Shown here piece after piece: positions 26,695-33,296 of a stretch of DNA of 36,728 bases. Each line of letters opens with the position of its first letter. The first letter of the stretch is position 1. The position numbers and the translations under genes are program-made. The stretch spans positions 6,056-42,783 of the forward strand of contig CAZDIF010000001.1 of assembly GCA_964505365.1 (NCBI GenBank). Reading direction: 5' to 3'. The notes below the pieces were generated by a model, which saw only the letters and a program-made list of their open reading frames with translations, did not search any database and had not been told where the DNA came from. The DNA is from an uncultured Actinomycetota bacterium. Lineage in GTDB: Bacteria > Actinomycetota > Nitriliruptoria > Nitriliruptorales > Nitriliruptoraceae.

Positions 26695-27549
26695 TCACGC
26701 ACGCTGCACCACCGACGCCCGGTCCTCGGCAACGGTGCTCGCCGGGGTCGGATCCGTACGCTCCACGAGCCACGCGAGGACCTGGTGCTGCAGTTCGTCG
26801 GCGACGACCGCGAGAGGCCGCTCGTTCTCGACCTCGATGAGCGTCCACCCGTGATCCCGAGCCCGTCGTACCGCGACCGCGAGCACCTGCGCGGCGTTGG
26901 AGACATACGCGGCGAGTCCAACGTCGCTCAACGGGCGGTGCCGCCAGGGCCCACGTGCCCGGGCCCGATCGATGCAGGTTGCGACCGCGGATCGGACGAC
27001 GATGGTCAGATCCGGTGGTGGGATGCGGTCGAGGTATCGCACCACCTCCACCGCGTCGGGCCGCTCCCGCTGGGAGGCGTGCAGGGTGGTGGCTCGGTGG
27101 GCGAAGCCGTCGTCGACGACCAGCACGTCGCCTGGACGGGCCAATCGGGCCAGCAGTCCACGTCGTCCCGCCTGGGCGAACCACCACCGCAGGATGTGCC
27201 AACGAAGGGCTACAGGGAGCGGCCGTCCCACCTGTGCGAGGACGACGTGGCGGACCAGTCCGGGTCGTTGGCGCAGGACCCCGAACAGGTGCGCGCAACC
27301 GCCCGCGGTGAACAGGAGCCAGGTCGCTGCGTTGCCCAGCCTCCCCGGCACTCCCAGCACTCGCCCGACGCGCGTGCGGTGCCGGATGCGTTCCGGCCCG
27401 GCCCTCTCCGGGATGGCCGCGTCCACGCCGGACTGTTCGAGGCTGCGCACGAGCTCCCGGCAGAGGCTCGACTTGCCGCTGCCGGGCAGGCCGACGAACT
27501 CGATGACGACCGCCGGCCGCCCGCGGTGTCTCGATCCCTCAGAGCGCAT
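26695..27549 (-). CDS. P-loop NTPase / kinase-like protein of unknown function
   Basis: Walker A VIEFVGLPGSGKSSL and a Walker-B-like VLVVDDGF. No further family signature is recognisable by eye. The start overlaps the upstream stop by 11 nt. Confidence 0.55.
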   Translation of the reverse strand: MRSEGSRHRGRPAVVIEFVGLPGSGKSSLCRELVRSLEQSGVDAAIPERAGPERIRHRTRVGRVLGVPGRLGNAATWLLFTAGGCAHLFGVLRQRPGLVRHVVLAQVGRPLPVALRWHILRWWFAQAGRRGLLARLARPGDVLVVDDGFAHRATTLHASQRERPDAVEVVRYLDRIPPPDLTIVVRSAVATCIDRARARGPWRHRPLSDVGLAAYVSNAAQVLAVAVRRARDHGWTLIEVENERPLAVVADELQHQVLAWLVERTDPTPASTVAEDRASVVQRA

Positions 27550-29110
27550 ACCAGAGCTCCTTCTGGACGGCCAGTCGGACCTCGTGGAGTGGCCCGTCCG
27601 CGGGGAGGGCGTGGACCCGTACGCCCACCGCGTCCGAGGTCGCGGCCACGTCCCGCGCCACCGCGGCCTTCACCTCGAGCACGGTCGGGTCGTGGTCGGG
27701 CTTGCGTTCGGCTGCGACGTGCGGACTGACGTGCAGGACCAGAACTGAGCCCGGCGGCGTGAACCGTCCGTAGACGCCCTCCTCCCAGCGCGCCAGCGCC
27801 CGGAGGAGGCGGCTTGCCGTACCCACTCTCGTGGCGATGCGCGGGCCGTCCAGGATCCGGTGCGCTGCCCGTCCCGTCAGCGGTTCGACGGGGAACCGGT
27901 CAAAGATCACGACACCGCCACGCAGGGCAGTCGCCGCTGCCGCCTGCTGGCGTTGGAAGCGATCGCGAGCGACTGACAGGCAGTGGAACGCGAGTACCGC
28001 GTCGCGAGCCCGGCCCACGAATCGGGACATGGCGTCGGGCACGCGGCCACCGGCCGAGAGGCGGCGATGAGCCCGGCGAAGGGCTCGGAAGACGAGATGG
28101 GTCCAGATGGTCCTCCGTGTCGGATCCTTGCTGCCGAGGTACACGACGCCGACATCGAGCTTCCAGCCCAGCCAGGAGGCGAGATCCGCACAGATGGTGG
28201 ACTTGCCGGCACCGTCGGCGCCGATCACCGCGAACGTGGTGCCTCCGGTGGCGGGTGTCATCCTCCGGCGTCCGTGACCTCGCCTGAGGCGCTCGCGCCG
28301 TGCCCAGGTCACGCGCAGGGATTCCACGAGGACACCGACGCGTGACCGGCGGGCGTGGGACCGGAGCGACTTGCGCAGCCGAGCTCGGAGCCGAAGGAGG
28401 CGAATGCCGGACCGGGGATCCTCTGTCGCGATCTGCAGGAACGTGGCGAGCAGGTCCTCGGGGACCTTGGTGGTCCCGCTGCGAACGACGTCACGGACGG
28501 CTTCGAGCGAGGTCTGGCCCAGCAGCCAGGCCATCTCGGAACGTGTGGTCGCCGGTATGCCGAGGGTGCGGATCCCGAGGACGTCCTTGACCACGTCGCG
28601 AGCCCGGTACTTGAGCAACGCGCGCATCGCCAGGACCGTCAGTTCGACGTCGGGTGACGGCACCGCGACGCCGGACAGTCGACGCACCGACTCGAGGAAC
28701 TGGGACTCCATGGGCAGGCGGTAGTTCTTGACGTGGCGCTCGCCGAGGATCAGTCGGTAGTGCACGTGCAGGTGGAACAGACGACCCGTGTCCGCGTCCA
28801 TGCCGAGGTAGTGCTCGATCCCCGGATGCGCCCCTCCCGGTGACGGGTCGAGTCGCCGGACGCCATGCGTGGCGACGAGTGACCGGAATCGCTCCGCGTG
28901 CTGCGGGTCGACGAGCAGGTCCAGGTCCGTGTGGCCGGCAAGCGCTGCCGTGAGATGCGAGTTGCTCTTCCACGCGCAGTAGCGCACCCCGGCACGGTGG
29001 AACGCATCGATGAGCACGCGCAGGCTGGCGAGGGGCGACATGTCATCTGTCGTGCCCTCCACCGTCTCGTGCAGGGCCGATGAGGCCACAACCTGCTTCA
29101 GCACGGACAC
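27539..29110 (-). CDS. Fusion protein: N-terminal NTP_transf_5-like (pol-beta fold) nucleotidyltransferase domain plus C-terminal dTMP-kinase-like P-loop domain
   Basis: The N-terminal half has YCAWKSNSHLTAALAGHTDLDLLVD and LFHLHVHYRL, a pattern typical of the uncharacterised nucleotidyltransferase family. The C-terminal half has FAVIGADGAGKSTI, VVIFDRFPVEP and PPGSVLVLHVSPHVAAERKPDHD, which is collinear with 14094..14876. The start is GTG 29110 or ATG 29041. Confidence 0.6.
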   Translation of the reverse strand: MSVLKQVVASSALHETVEGTTDDMSPLASLRVLIDAFHRAGVRYCAWKSNSHLTAALAGHTDLDLLVDPQHAERFRSLVATHGVRRLDPSPGGAHPGIEHYLGMDADTGRLFHLHVHYRLILGERHVKNYRLPMESQFLESVRRLSGVAVPSPDVELTVLAMRALLKYRARDVVKDVLGIRTLGIPATTRSEMAWLLGQTSLEAVRDVVRSGTTKVPEDLLATFLQIATEDPRSGIRLLRLRARLRKSLRSHARRSRVGVLVESLRVTWARRERLRRGHGRRRMTPATGGTTFAVIGADGAGKSTICADLASWLGWKLDVGVVYLGSKDPTRRTIWTHLVFRALRRAHRRLSAGGRVPDAMSRFVGRARDAVLAFHCLSVARDRFQRQQAAAATALRGGVVIFDRFPVEPLTGRAAHRILDGPRIATRVGTASRLLRALARWEEGVYGRFTPPGSVLVLHVSPHVAAERKPDHDPTVLEVKAAVARDVAATSDAVGVRVHALPADGPLHEVRLAVQKELWYAL

Positions 29111-29582
29111 TCCCGACCTCCGACCGGATGCCGGCTTCCTCGCGAGCCGGCACGCGCCCCTCGCCTCACGTCCACTCCTCGCACCGGTTCGCCGCCCCAG
29201 GGACGCGGTGCTCCCTACACGCTACGAACGGCGTAGCGGCTCCGCAGCACGTGGCGTCGTACTCCCACGTACGACGAATGCATGAGTCGATCCAGCGTGC
29301 GGCTCTCCAGACGTCGTGCGTCACGAGGCTCACGCACGTACAGACGGCGTACGCCAGCTACGAACCGCGGGCCTACGACGCCACGCCGCGGCCCGTACCG
29401 TGGGACTGTCGTCAGCCTGGGGCAGCCGGGTGACGCGGACCGAAAGGCGCGGGGCGGATGCAGTCGCAGGCAGCCGGCGCGTGATCCGACCGGTCCCCCA
29501 CGTCCCGCGCGCAGCTCGGATCGTTCGGGCTGCGGCATCCTCCCTCCGCCGGCCTGACCTCGATCACCGCACCGTCGATCGC
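29111..29582. promoter_or_regulatory. About 470 bp divergent intergenic/leader region between the 17-gene minus operon and the APH-like kinase gene
   Basis: No convincing coding frame; third-position G/C bias is poor until about 29380. The region contains several TCGTAG-type hexamers on the minus strand and the inverted repeat cGCTACG-aacgg-CGTAGCg at 29220..29238. Confidence 0.5.
29217..29229 (-). promoter_or_regulatory. Conserved 13-nt leader motif GTTCGTAGCGTGT (ops-like), copy 1
   Basis: The plus-strand sequence ACACGCTACGAAC is identical to 34975..34987. It lies 106 nt upstream of GTG 29110. The partner box TTCGTCGTA (29278..29270) lies 53 nt further upstream. Confidence 0.45.
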
Positions 29583-30599
29583 GTGCTCCTCCACTACGGG
29601 TTCGAATCGACTGGCCGCACACGCAACGTCGTGACCGGAGCCCGGAGCCGGAACGTGGTGGTCGCCACGTCGATCGGCCCCGTCCTGTTGAAGGAGTACC
29701 GCTCGGACTGGACGCCCGCGCGGGTGGAGCACACCCACTCCATCCTGATGCACCTCGAGACGACCTCCTCGCCCGCCCCACGCGTGATCCGACGCGAGGA
29801 TGGCGGCACGTGGACGCAGGTGAGTGGGGCCACCTACGCCCTGTTCTCCTTTGCCGCGGGGCGGAACCTCTCGATGGACCGTCTTCGACGGAAGGACCGA
29901 CTGCGGGCTGTCGGCGTGGCCGGCCGGGTGCTGGGGCGTCTGCACCGCGATCTTCACGGCTTCGTGCCCGGGGGTGAGCATCACCTCGGCTTCACCTCTC
30001 TCGACGGGCCCGAACGCATCCCGCTCGCGTGGTACGTCGATCGACTGTCCGAGTACGCGGACGCCGCCCTTCCCGGACCACTGGCAGCATTCTCCTCCCG
30101 GGCCGACGAACTGGCCCGTCGCCTGGCCGCACTGGACCGGGACCTGGCATCCGCGGCGCTTCCGCGGGTGGTCATTCACGGTGACTTCGGGCTGCACAAC
30201 CTGCTGTTCGAATCAACCCAGGTCGCGACGCCAGTGGACTTCGAACTTGCACGGATCGAGCACCGACTCACGGATGTACTGATGACGGTCTCTCGGTTCG
30301 GGTCGGGGCATGTCAGCTGGGACCTCCCCGCCATCGAGGCATTCCTCGCCGACTATGTTGCCGAAGCGCCAGCGGTCACCTCGGCGGAGCTCCGCCTGCT
30401 GCCGAGCCTGTGGGTCGTCGATCGACTGCGGTCGGCGATCAGGGCGGTCGACAACGTTCAACACGGTGGCGACGAGCGACATGTGGCTGCCGCGGCGCGC
30501 CGGCTCCGGGAGGCGGACTGGCTGGCGTCCGGTCCCGCACCTGTTCACCACGTGCGGGACGTCCTCGCTTCGCTGTCCTCGGCATCGATGAGTCGATAG
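29583..30599 (+). CDS. APH / choline-kinase / homoserine-kinase-II-family phosphotransferase
   Basis: GPVLLKEY (nucleotide-binding Lys region), the Brenner motif VVIHGDFGLHNLLF and PVDFELA (the DxD-equivalent). The start is uncertain (in-frame GTGs at 29583, 29472 and 29430). The 3' end overlaps the convergent sulfotransferase 5 by 55 nt. Confidence 0.7.
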   Translation: MLLHYGFESTGRTRNVVTGARSRNVVVATSIGPVLLKEYRSDWTPARVEHTHSILMHLETTSSPAPRVIRREDGGTWTQVSGATYALFSFAAGRNLSMDRLRRKDRLRAVGVAGRVLGRLHRDLHGFVPGGEHHLGFTSLDGPERIPLAWYVDRLSEYADAALPGPLAAFSSRADELARRLAALDRDLASAALPRVVIHGDFGLHNLLFESTQVATPVDFELARIEHRLTDVLMTVSRFGSGHVSWDLPAIEAFLADYVAEAPAVTSAELRLLPSLWVVDRLRSAIRAVDNVQHGGDERHVAAAARRLREADWLASGPAPVHHVRDVLASLSSASMSR

Positions 30600-31552
30600 G
30601 CGGGCAAGGGCTCACCGCGACGCCGTACGAGCCGGTCGCGGGTCTGCCACGCACGTGCGCGCACATACTCGACGGGCATGCTCCCGAACGTGAACTGCAG
30701 CTTGCTCGGCAGGGCCAGTCGGGGTCGTGTCCGTTCGTACCCGAGCTCCTGCATCTCCCTGCCCGCCATCCACTCGACGAAGCTGACCTGCGCCTCCGTG
30801 AGGACGTCACGGAAGCGGCCGATCGAATCGGTCGAGATCTCACCCGGTCGGCGCGGTTCGTAGGAGCTGTTGCCGCCCTGCTCGCGGAACCCGGGGGCTC
30901 CGCTCATCGACAGCATCTCCGGCGTGTACTCCTCGCCGAGGAAGGCACAGACCGCCTGCAGACACGTCTCCGGCTGGCGAGCGAGCGTCTCGTAGGTGAT
31001 GACCCGGTACTGCTCGGGATGCCGTTCCGAGAGCCGTCGGGCGAGGTGCACGGACCGCAGCCACTCCGCCGTCCCGGCCCCCACACCCCCGCGCCGTTGC
31101 CAGCGCGTGGCGGAGGATGCGAACCGGTCACGTGGATCTCGGACCATGTGGAGGATCCGCGCATCCGGGTACGCGGAGAGGATCTCGGCCGCGTGCCGTT
31201 CGGTCCCGAGGGACTTGTCCCCCCATCGCGGCTTGTCGAGCTTGGCCGCATACTGCTGCTCGATCAGCTCGAACAGACGGGCGTACGTGCGTTCGCCCCC
31301 TGCCAGGAAGTCCACGCGCAGTTTCTCGAAATCCGTGCCCAGGACGGTCAGTCGCTTGTAGCGACGCATGACCGAGAGGCAGTGGTCCAGGGCGACGGTG
31401 TCGGCGAGGTCGCCGTAGCGGCCGTAGAAGTACCGCCACAGGTTCGTGCGCCGCGTCATCGCAAGTCTGGGGTGGGATGCCAGGAGCGAGAAGATCAAGC
31501 TCGTCCCACTCCGCTCGAGCCCAGCGATGAAGACCGGTCCAGGCGCATTCAT
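30545..31552 (-). CDS. Sulfotransferase 5 (Sulfotransfer_3-like)
   Basis: PVFIAGLERSGTSLI, KPRWGDKS, ARILHMVRDPRDRFAS, ITYETLARQP and VCAFLGEEYTPEML. Confidence 0.85.
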   Translation of the reverse strand: MNAPGPVFIAGLERSGTSLIFSLLASHPRLAMTRRTNLWRYFYGRYGDLADTVALDHCLSVMRRYKRLTVLGTDFEKLRVDFLAGGERTYARLFELIEQQYAAKLDKPRWGDKSLGTERHAAEILSAYPDARILHMVRDPRDRFASSATRWQRRGGVGAGTAEWLRSVHLARRLSERHPEQYRVITYETLARQPETCLQAVCAFLGEEYTPEMLSMSGAPGFREQGGNSSYEPRRPGEISTDSIGRFRDVLTEAQVSFVEWMAGREMQELGYERTRPRLALPSKLQFTFGSMPVEYVRARAWQTRDRLVRRRGEPLPAYRLIDAEDSEARTSRTW

Positions 31553-32277
31553 GCGGTGCCTCGTCTGTCGTCGACTTCCCTGCCGCGGCTGTCCGTGACC
31601 ACCGACGACACGAAGCGCTGCCGACGCATCTCCGCGCGCATCGCGGGGTGCAGCTGCTCGCCCAGGAACTCACAGAGGTCCGTCAGGACTCCGATGGGAT
31701 CCGTCTGCAACTCGTGATCGCGCACGATCCGGTACCGGCCTCCGTGGCGCCGCAGATTGGCTCGCGCAAGCCACTCCGAGTGGGCCCACCGCGCGGCCTC
31801 CCGGGCAAGACGTCCGCGCCGCCACGGTGGCCAGGCGCCCACCGACGGATCGTGGTGCGGGATCCTGAGCAGATGGATGATGCGGGCGTCCGGGTACGCC
31901 GCGAACACCTCGTCGGCAAAACCCACGATGGAGCCGAGCTGCTCACCCCACCGTCTGGCACCGACCCGCTCGGCATGGTGCCGGTGCATCAGTCCGAACA
32001 GCCGACCGTAGGTCGGCGTGGTGAGTGCGAGCTCCTGTCGGATCCGATCGACGTCCGGCCGCAGCTGCTGCACGTGCGGATCCCGAAGCATCACGTCGAG
32101 GCACCTCGTGAGGTTGGCACGATCATCGAGGTCACCGAACCGGCCGTGGTACGTCGGCCACAGGTAGGTACGGCGAGTCATGCAGATCTCGGGATGAGCT
32201 TCCAGTGCCTGCCGGAGTTCCGTCTTCCCGGAACCTGCCAGTCCGCCGATCAGGATCGGGTTGTCCAGGCCGTTCAT
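31549..32277 (-). CDS. Sulfotransferase 6, a short paralogue with a degenerate 3'-PB motif
   Basis: PILIGGLAGSGKTEL and ARRWGEQL are present. However, ARIIHLLRIPHHDPS replaces the (V/M)VRDPRD motif, and the protein stops after 242 aa, whereas paralogues 1, 2, 4, 5 and 7 are 319-363 aa. Confidence 0.7.
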   Translation of the reverse strand: MNGLDNPILIGGLAGSGKTELRQALEAHPEICMTRRTYLWPTYHGRFGDLDDRANLTRCLDVMLRDPHVQQLRPDVDRIRQELALTTPTYGRLFGLMHRHHAERVGARRWGEQLGSIVGFADEVFAAYPDARIIHLLRIPHHDPSVGAWPPWRRGRLAREAARWAHSEWLARANLRRHGGRYRIVRDHELQTDPIGVLTDLCEFLGEQLHPAMRAEMRRQRFVSSVVTDSRGREVDDRRGTA

Positions 32278-33296
32278 GAGCCGGCCCCGCTACGCAGCAC
32301 CATGCGCTCGCCGGGTCGGCGGTGGACAACGGCCGGCAGTTGCTGCTGCAGCTGCTCGACGGTGCGCCACGTGAGCATCCGCATGGCTTGATCCGGCCAG
32401 TCGCGCAGGATGAACCGCACACGGTCCCGACCGGACATCGGCACGGGCTCCATGGCGTACCCGAACCGTCTCATCCGATGACGCAGCTGCTGCTGCATGA
32501 ACGCGAGCTCTGCCCCTGGCGCCGTCCGATCCCGCCCGATGAACTCGGTGGACAGGAGGCGACCGTCCTCGGCGGCTTCCGTGAGCCGCTCCCGATGCCT
32601 GGGGGCACCCGCCATTTCAAGCATCGCCGGCTCGAACGGCTCTCCCACGAAGTCACAGACGTCCTGGACGATTCGCGCCGGATCCTGTACCAGGTCCTCG
32701 AAACGAACGATGAGGTACCGGCCCGGGTAGCGCCGGCGGTGACGTTCTGCCAGCGCCGTCGAGTACCGCCATCGGGCGACCGCACCCCCGGCTCGGCCGC
32801 GACCCGTCGGCCACCGGGCCAGCGATGCTTCGTAGCGGTCACGTGGATCCCGCACCATGTGGATGATTCGGACGTCGGGATGCGCCGCCACCAGCCGATC
32901 CGCATACCGCTCGATCAGTCCGGTCTGCGCCCCCCATCTCGGCTTGCCGTGGCGCTGCGCGAAGTGGATGAGGAACAGGGCGAAGAGCCGTGCGTAGTCC
33001 CGTTCCCCCGTGACGAACTCACGTCGGATCCGGTCCTCGTCCGGCGAGAGGAACCGCACGTGCTTGTAGCTGAGCATCGCCGACAGGCAACGCTCGAAGT
33101 TCTCGTCGTGGCTGAGGTCGCCGTACTGCCCGTGGAAGTAGGTCCACATGTTCGACCCGACGGCGGGGATGGCGATCCGTGAGTGCGACGTGAGGAATGC
33201 ACTCATCGTCGTCTTGCCGGACCGGTCGAGCCCACCGACGTAGATGGGGGCGGGATGCACCTCCAGCATGGCTTCCGCCTCGACCTCGGTCCTCAT
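32274..33296 (-). CDS. Sulfotransferase 7 (Sulfotransfer_3-like)
   Basis: The start is ATG 33296 (ATGA overlap with the wzx stop). Motifs PIYVGGLDRSGKTTM, KPRWGAQT, VRIIHMVRDPRDRYEA, VRFEDLVQDP and VCDFVGEPFEPAML. The upstream 285 codons of ORF 32274..34151 are rejected. Confidence 0.85.
   Translation of the reverse strand: MRTEVEAEAMLEVHPAPIYVGGLDRSGKTTMSAFLTSHSRIAIPAVGSNMWTYFHGQYGDLSHDENFERCLSAMLSYKHVRFLSPDEDRIRREFVTGERDYARLFALFLIHFAQRHGKPRWGAQTGLIERYADRLVAAHPDVRIIHMVRDPRDRYEASLARWPTGRGRAGGAVARWRYSTALAERHRRRYPGRYLIVRFEDLVQDPARIVQDVCDFVGEPFEPAMLEMAGAPRHRERLTEAAEDGRLLSTEFIGRDRTAPGAELAFMQQQLRHRMRRFGYAMEPVPMSGRDRVRFILRDWPDQAMRMLTWRTVEQLQQQLPAVVHRRPGERMVLRSGAGS

Noticed and set aside
14902-27729. 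Five very long plus-strand ORFs (14902..16656, 18831..20888, 20896..23694, 24484..26175, 26194..27729)
   Set aside because: All are low-complexity R/G/P/H-rich translations lying antisense to minus-strand genes with clear PepM, GT4, DegT, sulfotransferase and P-loop signatures. They are artefacts of the scarcity of stop codons at high G+C.
29080-29557. Small ORFs in the 470-bp divergent intergenic region (29080..29433 +, 29282..29557 +, 29215..29781 -) as possible regulators or leader peptides
   Set aside because: There is no third-position G/C bias, no RBS and no recognisable motif. The region is better explained as promoter/leader DNA carrying the repeated TCGTAG-type boxes.
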